Shown: piece by piece, positions 29,871-40,349 of the stretch | How positions within the stretch are numbered: the stretch's first letter is position 1 | Layout of the letters: the number at the start of each line of letters is the position of its first letter | Source: Thermoplasmatota archaeon | GTDB taxonomy: Archaea > Thermoplasmatota > JAKEGO01 | DNA: 64,000 bases | Reading direction: 5' to 3' | Assembly: GCA_028279595.1 (NCBI GenBank) | Contig: JANQNK010000001.1 | Coordinates: forward strand, 32,001-96,000 | Made by a program: the position numbers and the translations under genes | The notes under the pieces: model-generated | What the model saw: only the letters and a program-made list of their open reading frames with translations | Database searches by the model: none | Told to the model about the DNA's origin: nothing

Positions 29871-31202
29871 TCACCCTTTTCTGACCGCAGCCACAACGCG
29901 GTCCACTATCGCGCCCGAGTTACCGACGTAGGTCGCCGGATCGAGGAGCTCCTCGAGGTCCTCCGCCGTCATAAGTGTGCCGATGGTCTCCTCGGCAAGG
30001 AGGTCCTTGGCGAAGTCGCCACCGACGAGCGCTGCCTTCCTTACGAGTTCGTGCGCGTCCTGACGGCCTATCCCACGCTCGACGAGGGCCATGATGACCC
30101 TCTCGGCCATGACCCGTCCGCCGGACATGGAGACGTTCTCGGCCATCCGGTCCGAGTCGACGATGAGGTTCCTGAACAGGTTGGTCGTCTTGTGGACGAC
30201 GTCGTCCGTCAGTATCGCTACATGCGGTATCACGAACCTCTCGGCCGAGCTGTTCGAAAGGTCCCTCTCGTGCCACTGGACCGCGCCCTCCCAGGCGGGT
30301 GTGAGGAATCCCCTGATGACCCGTGCCAGGCCGGTGATGTTCTCGCAGACGATCGGGTTGCGCTTCTGGGCCATAGTGGAGCTCCCGACCTGCTTCTCCG
30401 CGTGGAAGTACTCCATAACCTCGCCGATCTCTGTCCTCTGGAGGTTCCTGATCTCTGTGGAGAACTTCTCTATCGTCGCGGAGATGTTCGCACAGAGTGA
30501 TACGAACTCGATCATCCGATCCCGCTGGACGATCTGCGTAGACGCCCGCTCGGCTGTAAGTCCGAGGAGCTTCATGACGTGCTTCTCGACGGCGAGCCCG
30601 TTCGGCCCCATGGCGGCCATGGACCCGACCGCACCGGACATCTTGCCCACACAGAGGCGGGGAGTCAGCTCATCCAGCCTCTGAATGTGCCTGTGTACCT
30701 CGTCGGCGTAGACGGCCATCTTCAGGCCGAACGTGATCGGTACAGCATGCTGTCCGTGTGTCCGTCCTATCATCAGCGTGTCCCTGTGCTCGACGGCCAG
30801 GTCAACGAGGGCTCCCCTCAGCTCCTCCAGCTCGATCCTGAGGATCTCCAGGTAGGACTTGAACTGAAGCCCCGAGGCAGTGTCCACTATGTCGTATGAC
30901 GTGGCTCCAAGGTGGATGTAATGCCCGGCGTCCCCGCACTGCTCGGAAAGGGCCTTCACTATGGCCATGACGTCGTGCTTGATCTCGGCCTCGATCTCGT
31001 CGACGCGCTCTATCTTGACCTTACCCTCGGCGACGGCCTTCTCGATGTCGTCAGCTGCCTTCACCGGGACCATCTCGAGCTCGGACTGCGCCCTCGCGAG
31101 GGCCGCCTCGACCTCGAGGTAGTAACGAACACGTCTCTCGTGAGAGAAGATATCCTTGACGACGTCCCTTCCATACCTGAAATCCAGCGGGCAGACGGGC
31201 AT
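29871..31202 (-). CDS. purB: Adenylosuccinate lyase
   Basis: HLGATSYDI, GRTHGQHA and GSSTMAQKRNP motifs. Confidence 0.95.
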   Translation of the reverse strand: MPVCPLDFRYGRDVVKDIFSHERRVRYYLEVEAALARAQSELEMVPVKAADDIEKAVAEGKVKIERVDEIEAEIKHDVMAIVKALSEQCGDAGHYIHLGATSYDIVDTASGLQFKSYLEILRIELEELRGALVDLAVEHRDTLMIGRTHGQHAVPITFGLKMAVYADEVHRHIQRLDELTPRLCVGKMSGAVGSMAAMGPNGLAVEKHVMKLLGLTAERASTQIVQRDRMIEFVSLCANISATIEKFSTEIRNLQRTEIGEVMEYFHAEKQVGSSTMAQKRNPIVCENITGLARVIRGFLTPAWEGAVQWHERDLSNSSAERFVIPHVAILTDDVVHKTTNLFRNLIVDSDRMAENVSMSGGRVMAERVIMALVERGIGRQDAHELVRKAALVGGDFAKDLLAEETIGTLMTAEDLEELLDPATYVGNSGAIVDRVVAAVRKG

Positions 31203-31296
31203 GCTATCGGCCCCGGATTGCGGTGTGTCTGTAAAAAGGTTGTTCCCGGCAATTCGCCGTCCGGTCGGATGGGATGACGCGGTGACGGGGGATATC

Positions 31297-31418
31297 CGCG
31301 CTCGCCCCCGACCCCGTCGTGGGACCAACGCGTCTCACCAACACTGTCGATGGAGCGCGTCCCACCAAATTGCAGTGCCGACGCGCTCGATGACGCCTCT
31401 CTTGGTCATCCACGCGTC
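31297..31418. repeat. Cluster of the dispersed palindromic repeat (copy D 31297-31334, an inverted half at 31353-31361, copy C 31378-31418)
   Basis: CGCGCTCG-N21-CAACGCGTC, then GAGCGCGTC, then CCGACGCGCTCGATGAC-N10-GTCATCCACGCGTC. Confidence 0.7.
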
Positions 31419-31496
31419 TCAAGCAAGCTGGAATATGTGAAAAATATCGGAGGACATCCGTCTCCGGATGCCGCTCCTTTGAAAAACGGGTCCGGC

Positions 31497-31706
31497 TCAG
31501 TCGCTTATCTGACTGATGCTCGTGACCTCTTTCTCGCCCTCCATGACCGCTCTTACGTGGTCGATGTTGACGACGAGTCCTACGAACTCCTCTCCGTCCT
31601 TGGAGAGGTAGCGCTGGGCCTTGTCGAAGGCATCGGCGGATAGGTTCACCTTGAGTGCGCCTCCCGCGTTGCTCTTCCGAATGTAGCCCATGAGCATTGA
31701 GTTCAC
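31497..31706 (-). CDS. Small hypothetical protein (69 aa)
   Basis: GTG start after a GGAGGTGAG SD; LMGYIRKSNAGGALKVNLS...EKEVTSISQ; downstream hairpin CATCCG/CGGATG. Confidence 0.75.
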   Translation of the reverse strand: MNSMLMGYIRKSNAGGALKVNLSADAFDKAQRYLSKDGEEFVGLVVNIDHVRAVMEGEKEVTSISQISD

Positions 31707-31862
31707 ATGTCTCACCTCCGTTTCCTTCTTCGGCCGCCGGCAACGGTCTCGGCGGCATTCCGCGATGATCGGAGGTATTGATATGGTTTCACGGGGGAGG
31801 ACGAGGAAAGTGAAAATGATGATGCAACATCCCAATGAGAGATTTTCATCCGAGCTATCTCA

Positions 31863-31900
31863 ATATTTCACAATATACCTATTGTGACATTAATATACGA
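31863..31900 (+). promoter_or_regulatory. Conserved upstream element plus TATA box of the pit operon
   Basis: ATATTTCACAATATACCTATTGTGACATTAATATACGA is near-identical to 33921-33960 and contains the inverted repeat TCACAATA-N4-TATTGTGA. Confidence 0.7.
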
Positions 31901-31920
31901 ATAACTCAATCCCGTGCCGG

Positions 31921-33153
31921 ATGGCAACAGACTTAGTTATACTTGGATTGGCGACCTGCGTCGGCTTCTACATGGCGTGGAACATCGGCGCGAACGATGT
32001 CGCCAATTCGATGGCCACCGCAGTGGGTGCCAAGGCCATAACGCTCAAGCAGGCTGTGATAATCGCGGGTGTTCTCAATGTAGCGGGGGCCGTCCTTGTA
32101 GGTAAACACGTCACCGGTACTGTCAGCAAGGGCGTCGTCGATCCATCGGCCGTAGGCGACGTCCATACCCTGATGCTCGGGATGCTCGCTACGCTGCTTG
32201 CTTCAGGCATATGGGTCACATTGGCGACATGGAAGAGCATGCCAGTGTCGACAACTCACTCGATAATCGGCGCTCTGGTAGGGTTCGGACTTGTCTCCTC
32301 GGGGCCTGGAGCGATCGACTGGAATCTCCTGACCCAGGTCGTAGCCAGCTGGGTCATCTCACCTGTCATGGGCGGGCTGATCTCGTTCGTCCTCTTTCAC
32401 ATAATAATTAAAACTATCTTCAACGCGAAGGACCCGCTCAGGGCCGCATACTTCATGTCGCCGTTCCTGATCGGATCGACGTTCTTCATCATCTCCGCCG
32501 CCCTCCTTCTCAAGACCGAGGCCGGCGAGTACTTCGTCGGCGGCGACATCGACCAGGCGCTCATCGCCTCCGCCATGGTTGCAGCGATCGCTGGACTGAC
32601 CGGGTTCGCGATAATGAGGAAGGTCTTCAAACGGGTCAAGGGTTACACCGGCGTGGAGATGTTCTTCAGACGCCTGCAGATCCTGACCTCCTGCTATGTG
32701 GCCTTCTCCCACGGCGCCAACGACGTGGCCAATGCCATCGGTCCGTTGGCCACGATATTCGAGGTGAACGGACGGGAGACGATCCCATCTGAGGTGTCCG
32801 TTCCGATGTACCTCCTCTTCCTCGGAGGTATCGGGATAATGGTGGGGATAATGACCTGGGGATACCGGGTCATAAAGACTGTAGCTTTCAAGATCACGGA
32901 CCTGACGAACACACGGGGCTTCTCCGTGGACTTCGGCGTCGCGACGACGGTGCTGATGGCTTCGAAGATGGGTCTTCCGGTGTCTACCACACATACCGCA
33001 ATCGGGGCGGTCGTCGGTGTGGGATTGGCCGGAGGCCTGGCCGGTGTTGACCTGAGGGTGTTGCGAAAGATAGTCGTGTCATGGGTGATTACCCTGCCAG
33101 TGGCCGCTGGGGCGTCTGCTGGAATATTTCTAGGGCTGTGTGCGATACTATGA
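31921..33153 (+). CDS. pit: PiT-family inorganic phosphate transporter
   Basis: Two GANDVAN signatures and two PVSTTH motifs. Confidence 0.96.
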   Translation: MATDLVILGLATCVGFYMAWNIGANDVANSMATAVGAKAITLKQAVIIAGVLNVAGAVLVGKHVTGTVSKGVVDPSAVGDVHTLMLGMLATLLASGIWVTLATWKSMPVSTTHSIIGALVGFGLVSSGPGAIDWNLLTQVVASWVISPVMGGLISFVLFHIIIKTIFNAKDPLRAAYFMSPFLIGSTFFIISAALLLKTEAGEYFVGGDIDQALIASAMVAAIAGLTGFAIMRKVFKRVKGYTGVEMFFRRLQILTSCYVAFSHGANDVANAIGPLATIFEVNGRETIPSEVSVPMYLLFLGGIGIMVGIMTWGYRVIKTVAFKITDLTNTRGFSVDFGVATTVLMASKMGLPVSTTHTAIGAVVGVGLAGGLAGVDLRVLRKIVVSWVITLPVAAGASAGIFLGLCAIL

Positions 33154-33875
33154 CAGCAAAGTTAAAGAAAGGCGAAGGCAAAGGAGAGGGCGAGATGAAG
33201 GAACGGATGAGGGCCCCGATAGGGCAGATATACAGGAGATCGCCCTTCAACGGTCTGCTCGAACACGCGGCGAAGATAAAGGAATGCCTCCAGGAGATGA
33301 ACAGAGGCATCCACGCCTACGTCGACGGCGACTTCGAGACCGCCGAGGAGCACTTCGCGAACGTCAGCAAGCTCGAGAGCCAGGCCGACAAGATCAAGGC
33401 GAACACACGGAACCACCTCCCCCGCTTCATCTTCATGCCCGTGGACCGCGGCGATTTCATCAATCTTCTCCGCGAGGACGACGCTGTACTTGACAAGGCC
33501 GAGGACGTGGCCGTCCTGATGAGGATGCGCCGCACCGAGATCCCCGAACCCATGAGGGACGAGTTCAAGGGCCTGGCGGACATGATCGTCGAGACGGGGG
33601 AGACCATGGAGAAGGTCGTGGGGCAGATGGCCAACCTCCTCGAGACCTCCTTCAGCGAGCGCGAGCGCGAGAAGACGAAGGTGCTGATCCACAAGGTCCA
33701 CGAGAACGAGTACAAGTGCGACAGGTACCAGGAAACGTTGACCCGACACATCCTTAACACCGAGATGGACCCGGTAGGCGTGTACCATCTGATGAAGGTC
33801 GTGGAGAGGATGGGCGAGATCGCCGACAAGGCAGAGAATGCTGCCGACCGCGTCCGGGTCATGATGGGCAAGTGA
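33150..33875 (+). CDS. DUF47/TIGR00153 PhoU-like phosphate transport regulator
   Basis: LESQADKIK, PVDRGD, ENEYKCD and IADKAENAAD motifs; ATGA overlap with pit. Confidence 0.9.
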   Translation: MTAKLKKGEGKGEGEMKERMRAPIGQIYRRSPFNGLLEHAAKIKECLQEMNRGIHAYVDGDFETAEEHFANVSKLESQADKIKANTRNHLPRFIFMPVDRGDFINLLREDDAVLDKAEDVAVLMRMRRTEIPEPMRDEFKGLADMIVETGETMEKVVGQMANLLETSFSEREREKTKVLIHKVHENEYKCDRYQETLTRHILNTEMDPVGVYHLMKVVERMGEIADKAENAADRVRVMMGK

Positions 33876-33920
33876 TCAATCCAAATCAATATCCCCGATG
33901 CATATTCTATATAGGTCTAT

Positions 33921-33960
33921 ATATTTCACTATAATACCTATTGAGGAATTTAATATACGA
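33921..33960 (+). promoter_or_regulatory. Conserved upstream element plus TATA box of the Na/Pi cotransporter operon
   Basis: ATATTTCACTATAATACCTATTGAGGAATTTAATATACGA matches 31863-31900. Confidence 0.7.
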
Positions 33961-33984
33961 TAAGTGAAATGAACGGACGAACAC

Positions 33985-35184
33985 ATGAAAAGAGCGAAGA
34001 GGGTGACCGGGGGAAAGCGACCCGCTCGTTCAAAGGTTAAACGAAGGCAGCTGCCCGGACCCCTGGTGAAGTTCAACGAGATGATCCCGAGGAACAACAG
34101 GCTGTTCCGGGCCATCGTCCTCTTCGTCGCCGTCTACTTCTTCATCGTCAGCATCCAGACCATGAGCGCCGGCTTCAAGAGCAACAAGGACATCTCCGAG
34201 GGGCTCATCGAGAGCACTACGAATCCCCTCGTCGCACTGTTCATAGGGATCCTGGCAACCAGCCTTATCCAGAGCTCTTCCGCGACCACATCGATCGTCG
34301 TCGCGATGGTCGCGGCCGATCCCTCGTTCATGCCCAACGCGATCCCGATCGTGATGGGGGCCAACATCGGCACATCTGTCACCAATACCCTAGTGTCATT
34401 GGGCCATATGGGCCGGAAGATGGAACTCGAACGCGCATTCTCAGCTGCGGTCGTCCACGACATCTTCAATCTCATGGCGGTGTCCATCCTATTCCCTATC
34501 GAGATGATCACCAAGTTCGCAACGGGAACCGGACTCCTCGAGGGGATCGCCTCAAGGGCGGCAGGCGGCATGGGCGGCTCGGGCGGATTCGAGTATCTCA
34601 GCCCGCTCGAGAACTCCACGAAGCCCGTGGCCGAGGACATCCTTCTGTGGAGCGGACCTCATACTTGGCTCGCGATAGTGATAGGCCTAGCCATCCTGTT
34701 CCTGTCATTGAAGGTACTCGTTGACACGCTCAAATGGCTTGCAGAGACGAAGGCCCAGAAGGTCCTAGAGAAGTACCTTTTCGGAAAGGCCTACATGGCC
34801 TTTGGCTTCGGTATAGGTCTCACGGCTCTGGTCCAGAGCAGTTCAATAACAACATCGTTCGCGGTCCCGTTGGTCGGAGGCGGACTCCTCACGGTGGAAC
34901 AGATCTTCGCCTTTACCCTGGGAGCGAACATCGGCACGACCGTTACCGCCATGCTCGCTGCCATGGCGACCGCGGAGGAAGCGGCCGTTACGATCGCCAT
35001 CGTCCACCTGCTGTTCAACCTCATGGGCGTCGCGATACTGTATCCCTTCAAACGGATCCCGATCGGTTTTGCCCACCGTGTCGGGGAATACATCTCGGAC
35101 CGCCCGAGGTTCGCCATCATCTATATAGTGATTCTTTTCTATATCATACCGGGACTCGTGATCCTGGTGTCGAGGCTGTGGTAA
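33985..35184 (+). CDS. Na+/Pi cotransporter (SLC34/NptA family)
   Basis: Two QSSS repeats, each followed by GANIGT. Confidence 0.93.
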   Translation: MKRAKRVTGGKRPARSKVKRRQLPGPLVKFNEMIPRNNRLFRAIVLFVAVYFFIVSIQTMSAGFKSNKDISEGLIESTTNPLVALFIGILATSLIQSSSATTSIVVAMVAADPSFMPNAIPIVMGANIGTSVTNTLVSLGHMGRKMELERAFSAAVVHDIFNLMAVSILFPIEMITKFATGTGLLEGIASRAAGGMGGSGGFEYLSPLENSTKPVAEDILLWSGPHTWLAIVIGLAILFLSLKVLVDTLKWLAETKAQKVLEKYLFGKAYMAFGFGIGLTALVQSSSITTSFAVPLVGGGLLTVEQIFAFTLGANIGTTVTAMLAAMATAEEAAVTIAIVHLLFNLMGVAILYPFKRIPIGFAHRVGEYISDRPRFAIIYIVILFYIIPGLVILVSRLW

Positions 35185-35185
35185 C

Positions 35186-35863
35186 ATGTCGTTCAAAAGA
35201 GTATATGACGCACTGACGAAGGGTCCGCTGCTCGAGGAGGCATTCGGTCGACTCGAGGATATGCACGACCTGGCCAGATCGAACTTCGAGGCCTCCTTCG
35301 ATTGCCTCTTCGGCGGCGAGGAGAAGGTCTGCGCTCGCGAGATCGCGGCAGAGGACAAGCGTATCAACGAGATGGAGATCCAGATCCGTAAGGAGGTCTT
35401 CGAATACCTCGCGATATCCTCCGCGCCGAACGTGAACGCTTCTCTGATCCTGATCAGTACGGTCATCGATTACGAGAGGATCGGCGACATCTGCAAGAAC
35501 ATCGCCCAGCTCGGCCTCCAGTTCCCCGAAGAGCTGGATGGGGACGAGTACATGGAGGACATAAACCGGATGAAGGATGGCATCCTGAAGCAGTTCGACC
35601 TGGTGAAGGGTGCTGTCATCGACGGCGATTTCGGCAAAGCAAAGGCCGCGATAGCGATCCACGACGAGATCAAGGACATCCACAACCATCTCGTGGGGCA
35701 GATCAACACCGATCCCAACCTGACGGTCAAACAGGGGATCACCTACGCTCTCCTCGGATACTACATCAGAAGGATCAACGCTCACCTCGGGAACATCGGT
35801 TCTACAGCAATACGTTCGTTCCCGAAGATCGGTTTCACGAAGAAAGGCGAGGACCTGGACTGA
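35186..35863 (+). CDS. PhoU-domain protein
   Basis: EDKRINEME..IR, DYERIGDICKNI and RINAHLGNI motifs. Confidence 0.88.
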   Translation: MSFKRVYDALTKGPLLEEAFGRLEDMHDLARSNFEASFDCLFGGEEKVCAREIAAEDKRINEMEIQIRKEVFEYLAISSAPNVNASLILISTVIDYERIGDICKNIAQLGLQFPEELDGDEYMEDINRMKDGILKQFDLVKGAVIDGDFGKAKAAIAIHDEIKDIHNHLVGQINTDPNLTVKQGITYALLGYYIRRINAHLGNIGSTAIRSFPKIGFTKKGEDLD

Positions 35864-37294
35864 TCAATCCTGTTGTGCCAGGTCCCAGGTCAACCACATG
35901 TTCTTGGCAGCGAAGACCTCGTCGACGCGAGCTTCAACTTCGGTCGGCGCGCACTTGAGTCCCTCCGGGTCCTCGGAGACGATACAAGTCAGTGCATCGG
36001 CGAACGCGTCCAGGGTGGCCTTGTCCTCGGTCTCGGTGGGCTCGATCATCATCGCTTCCTCGACTATGTGCGGGAAGTAGATCGTCGGTGCATGGAATCC
36101 CATATCACCGAGGCGTTTTGCGACATCCAGGGTCTTGACACCCTTCTCCTTCAAAGGCTCTCCGCTCAGGACGAACTCATGCTTCCTCAGCTTCCCATAG
36201 GGCATCGGAAGGACGCCGTTCAGCCTGGCGACGAGATAGTTGGCGTTCAGGACGGCCATCTCGCTGACCTCCTGAAGTGAGGAGCCGTGGCTCTTGATGA
36301 AAGCGTATGCGCGTACGAGGACGAGGAAGTTGCCGTAGAACGACTGGACCTTTCCGATGGATGCCGGAACATCATCGGACAGGACGAACATGTCGTTCTC
36401 CCTCGTTATCCTCGGGACAGGCAGGAACGGTTCAAGCCGTTCGACAACGCCGACCGGCCCCGATCCCGGACCTCCGCCGCCGTGGGGTGTGCCGAACGTC
36501 TTGTGTAGGTTGAAGTGGACGACGTCGAAGCCCATGGCCCCGGGCTTCGTGATGCCCATTATCGCGTTCAGGTTGGCTCCGTCGTAGTAGAGGAGTGCCC
36601 CGGACTCATGTACCGCTTTCGCGATCTCGGTGACACGTCCCTCGAATATCCCTAGGGTGTTCGGATTGGTGAGCATGAGTGCCGCCGTCCGGTCCGAGAG
36701 GGCTTCCTTCAGTGCATCCAGGTCCACGGTGCCGTCGTCGGCCGAGGGGACCTCGATGACGTCATAGCCAGCCATCGCCGCCGTGGCAGGGTTCGTTCCA
36801 TGGGCGGTGTCCGGGACGATCACCTGGTCCCTGGATTCGCCGTTCGCCTCGTGATAGGCCTTGATGAGAAGGAGCCCTGTATACTCGCCCTGGGCACCTG
36901 CTGCAGGTTGGAGCGTGACTGCCTTCATTCCGCCTATTTCCGCGAGCATGCGCTCGAGCTCGTACATTAGCCCGAGCGCGCCCTGGACCGTCGAGAACGG
37001 TTGTTCGGGATGTATACTGGCGAAACCCGGAAGGGTCGCGGCCCACACCGAACTCCGGGGATTGTGTTTCATGGTGCACGAGCCCAGCGGATAGAAGCCG
37101 GACTCGACGCAGTGGTTCATCTGGCTGAGCCTGACGTAATGGCGCATCACCTCGGCCTCGGTGAGGTCGGGAAGGTCGACCGTACCCTTCAATCCGTCAG
37201 GTATGTGCCCTGTCGCAGACCGAACATGGCTCTCACCGCCTATCTCGAAGACCGTGCCCTCGTCGTACCGGGCCATCCTGTACTGGCCGGTCAT
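35864..37294 (-). CDS. gcvPB: Glycine dehydrogenase (decarboxylating) subunit 2
   Basis: [34 protein letters not shown] and MIEPTETE motifs. Confidence 0.96.
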   Translation of the reverse strand: MTGQYRMARYDEGTVFEIGGESHVRSATGHIPDGLKGTVDLPDLTEAEVMRHYVRLSQMNHCVESGFYPLGSCTMKHNPRSSVWAATLPGFASIHPEQPFSTVQGALGLMYELERMLAEIGGMKAVTLQPAAGAQGEYTGLLLIKAYHEANGESRDQVIVPDTAHGTNPATAAMAGYDVIEVPSADDGTVDLDALKEALSDRTAALMLTNPNTLGIFEGRVTEIAKAVHESGALLYYDGANLNAIMGITKPGAMGFDVVHFNLHKTFGTPHGGGGPGSGPVGVVERLEPFLPVPRITRENDMFVLSDDVPASIGKVQSFYGNFLVLVRAYAFIKSHGSSLQEVSEMAVLNANYLVARLNGVLPMPYGKLRKHEFVLSGEPLKEKGVKTLDVAKRLGDMGFHAPTIYFPHIVEEAMMIEPTETEDKATLDAFADALTCIVSEDPEGLKCAPTEVEARVDEVFAAKNMWLTWDLAQQD

Positions 37295-38583
37295 ACGAGC
37301 ACCTCCTTCAGGGCGGCACCGAACCTCTCTATATCGGCCGCCGTGTGCTTTTCAGTGGTCGCTACCAGGATGTGGTCCGCAAGCCCCGATCCGTCAAGGT
37401 CGATCCCTGGAAGGACACCTCTGTTCAGCATCTCGGCGCTGAACTCATCGAAAGGCATTGGAAGTCTGACCGTGAATTCGTTAAAATGATGGCCGTCGAA
37501 GGCTGGTTCGATCCCGACAGCCTTGAACTGCTCCTCCAGGAGCGCCCTGTTGTCGAGGCACCTCTCGGCGATGTCCACCAGCCCCGGTCCGACGACGCTC
37601 AGGTACGCGGTCCCCATGACGGCGCAGAGGCCGTGGTTCGTGCAGATGTTCGATGTCGCCCGGTGGCGTCGGATATGCTGCTCCCTCGTCTGGAGGGTCA
37701 TCGTGAAGGCCCGGTTCCCGTCGGAGTTCTGGGTCATGGCTATCAGCCGCCCGGGCATCTGCCTGACATGCTTCTTCGTCGAAGCCATGACACCCAGGAG
37801 AGGGCCGCCGAACCCCATCGGGATCCCGAGGGGCTGGCCCTCTGCGACGACGATATCGGCGCCGTACCCTCCCGGAGCCTTCAGCACTCCGAGGGATATC
37901 GGGTTCACGCCCACGATGAGGACGTCGACCTTCTCGCGAATTGCGTCCAGTTTATCCTCGATGACCCCGAAATAGTTGGGTGTCTCGACGTACATGATCC
38001 CGCCTTCGGGAACACCGTCCAGATCGAGAGTACCCATCGTCCGGTCGTACGGGACCTTTTCAATGGAGATACCTGCTGTGTCCGAGTAATTGTGAAGTAC
38101 TGACACCTTCCAAGGCGCGATCGCCTCTGGTATATGAACGACGTCGCCCCTCGAGATCCTCGCGGCCATCCGCACGGCCTCGCCCAGGGCCGTGGCGCCG
38201 TCGTACATGGAAGCGTTCACGACGTCCATCTTCAGCAGCCTGGCCAGGAGGCTCTGGTACTCGAATATGGCCTGGAGCATCCCCTGGCTCATCTCGGGCT
38301 GGTACGGTGTGTATGCTGAGAGGAACTCCGCCCTCGACGCGATCTCCATGACCGCAGGCGGGATGTGGTGGTCGTAGACGCCGCCTCCGAGGAACGAAAG
38401 GAGCGGCCCGACCGGCGTGTTCAGCGATGCCAGGTCCTCGAGATGTCTGTGGAGGTCCACCTCGGCCATCGGGCCGGGAAGGTCCAATCCGGCCCTGACG
38501 TCCTCCGGGACGTCCGAGAAGAGCTCCGATATGTCGGATACGCCGACCGCCTCGAGCATGGCCCTGACATCTTCCTGCGTCAT
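37291..38583 (-). CDS. gcvPA: Glycine dehydrogenase (decarboxylating) subunit 1
   Basis: [18 protein letters not shown] and [20 protein letters not shown] motifs. Confidence 0.96.
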   Translation of the reverse strand: MTQEDVRAMLEAVGVSDISELFSDVPEDVRAGLDLPGPMAEVDLHRHLEDLASLNTPVGPLLSFLGGGVYDHHIPPAVMEIASRAEFLSAYTPYQPEMSQGMLQAIFEYQSLLARLLKMDVVNASMYDGATALGEAVRMAARISRGDVVHIPEAIAPWKVSVLHNYSDTAGISIEKVPYDRTMGTLDLDGVPEGGIMYVETPNYFGVIEDKLDAIREKVDVLIVGVNPISLGVLKAPGGYGADIVVAEGQPLGIPMGFGGPLLGVMASTKKHVRQMPGRLIAMTQNSDGNRAFTMTLQTREQHIRRHRATSNICTNHGLCAVMGTAYLSVVGPGLVDIAERCLDNRALLEEQFKAVGIEPAFDGHHFNEFTVRLPMPFDEFSAEMLNRGVLPGIDLDGSGLADHILVATTEKHTAADIERFGAALKEVLV

Positions 38584-38632
38584 CGCGTCACCTATGTGTT
38601 GGTAGATGAGGATTTCACGGAAAAGGTTTGCC

Positions 38633-39211
38633 CTAGTCCTCGAGCATCTCGAGGACGACCTCCTCGGCCTTCCCGAGGACGGTCTCGATGGGCTTCCCCG
38701 CATCTATGGACACTGTGTTCCGTGGCAGGATCTCGTCGAAGACGGCCTTAACCTTGCGGAGGAACTCGGTGTCCTCGAACCTGTCGTGGTTCTTTAGGCG
38801 CGAGACTCCTATGTCCGGCGGGACCTCGAGGTGGATGACCGCGTCGGCGTCCGGCGCGAAACCGTTTATGAACCTCAGGAAGGCCATGTCCACGCCCTCC
38901 GCCCCCTGGTATGCCAGGGACGAGTAGAGGTAGCGGTCGGTGACGACCCACTTGCCCTGCTCAAGAGCCGGCATCACGACGTTCTGGACATGTCCGTGCC
39001 TGTCGGCAGCGAACAGCAGGGCTCTCTGATATGGAGTCAGTTCGAGCTTCCCGAGGCTCTTGCGGATGACGTCTCCGATGGGACCCTTCGTCGGTTCCTG
39101 GGTGAGTACGACCTCGATCCCGCGGTCTACCAAGAAATCGTGTATGTACTTTGCGACGGTCGTCTTCCCCGATCCGTCTATTCCCTCAATCGCCAGGAAC
39201 GCTCCCGTCAT
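38633..39211 (-). CDS. tmk: Thymidylate kinase
   Basis: EGIDGSGKTT, LFAADR and DRYLYSSLAYQG motifs. Confidence 0.96.
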   Translation of the reverse strand: MTGAFLAIEGIDGSGKTTVAKYIHDFLVDRGIEVVLTQEPTKGPIGDVIRKSLGKLELTPYQRALLFAADRHGHVQNVVMPALEQGKWVVTDRYLYSSLAYQGAEGVDMAFLRFINGFAPDADAVIHLEVPPDIGVSRLKNHDRFEDTEFLRKVKAVFDEILPRNTVSIDAGKPIETVLGKAEEVVLEMLED

Positions 39212-39872
39212 CGCTCTCCCCCTCCCTGTCGATCATCGACATGAACTTCGACGGGACCTCGTCCGTCAGGTAGACCACCGTCCCGGCCTGGCAGATGACG
39301 ATCTCGTCCTCCATGGCCGATCTCGCGTCGATCTCGATGATTATCGGCGATCCTTCCCTGTGGCGTCCGGCCTCCATCGCCTGCTCGTACGTCTTGCTGA
39401 GGTGGACGAACTTCCTGTCCGTCGGCTTCAGGCCGGTCTCGAACAGCAGTTCGACCTCCTCCGCCGTGGTCGGATAGAAAAGGGAGTCCGGCACGGTATC
39501 GGTCGGGTGGTCAAGCTCGAGATCGATGGTGTGCCCGTAGGTCGCCCTGATCTCGTTCCCGTCGATCTGGTAGCGCCCCTTCGGGTCGGTCTCGACTATC
39601 GCCCTCAGGTGATGCGGCTTGAGCCAGTGAAGCGTTATCCTGTGGTCCCGGACCGACTCGACGAGCTCGTCGATGTTCGCCCATCCGTTCTCGCTGAGCT
39701 CGATGTCGAACTTCTCCGGGAAATGACGGAGAACGCCGGCCATTATCCTTCCGAGATGCCCGAGCTCCTCCCCGGACATGAGGTATCGCCCGTCGCTGCC
39801 GCACGCTGTGCAGGTCTTTCCGCGGAAATAACCGTGCTCCTCGCATCTACGCAATGCTGGTTCCTCTGTCAT
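39186..39872 (-). CDS. kptA: RNA 2'-phosphotransferase (Tpt1/KptA) with N-terminal zinc ribbon
   Basis: CEEHGYFRG..C, VLRHFP, KGRY, IRATYGHT and FVHLS motifs. Confidence 0.93.
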   Translation of the reverse strand: MTEEPALRRCEEHGYFRGKTCTACGSDGRYLMSGEELGHLGRIMAGVLRHFPEKFDIELSENGWANIDELVESVRDHRITLHWLKPHHLRAIVETDPKGRYQIDGNEIRATYGHTIDLELDHPTDTVPDSLFYPTTAEEVELLFETGLKPTDRKFVHLSKTYEQAMEAGRHREGSPIIIEIDARSAMEDEIVICQAGTVVYLTDEVPSKFMSMIDREGESDDGSVPGD

Positions 39873-39964
39873 ACGATTCCATTCATCCTCTGCATGGTAT
39901 AAAAAGATGGTCCTTTTCGGTACCAGAACGTCCCCTTTTTAATCGATAACGCATATCGTCGTCC

Positions 39965-40288
39965 ATGCCCCAACGCCGGGGAAGGCGCGGGCGCAGGACC
40001 AAGGAGACAGTCGATCTCGTCAAGCGGCGGATAAGGCGTCTCTTCGACCTCGCCGACGCTGAGGCCAAGGCAGGCAACGCCGGGCTCGCCGACAGGTACA
40101 TGGCGATGGCGAGGAAGCTGAGCACGAGGTACAACGTCCGGATCCCGCGTAGCATGAAGAGGCGGATGTGTCCCGATTGCCAGGCCTACCTGATGATCGG
40201 GGATGCGGCAACCTACAGGGTCCGAAGGGGGCGGGTCATCGTGCACTGCCAGAGGTGCGGGGCGACCATCAGACGGCCCTACAAGTGA
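39965..40288 (+). CDS. rnp4: Ribonuclease P protein component 4 (Rpp21)
   Basis: RIRRLF..A, ADRY..MARK and KRRMCPDC...HCQRCG..RRPY motifs. Confidence 0.92.
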   Translation: MPQRRGRRGRRTKETVDLVKRRIRRLFDLADAEAKAGNAGLADRYMAMARKLSTRYNVRIPRSMKRRMCPDCQAYLMIGDAATYRVRRGRVIVHCQRCGATIRRPYK

Positions 40289-40349
40289 TTGTCAAGAGTC
40301 TTCAGAAATCTATTAGTGTGAGTAACTGCCCTCACGTATTGGGGGTATT

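Noticed and set aside
18240-31418. Palindromic repeats as a CRISPR array or integron attC sites
   Set aside because: They are dispersed with no regular repeat-spacer period, there is no cas or integrase gene, and there are no RYYYAAC/GTTRRRY ends.
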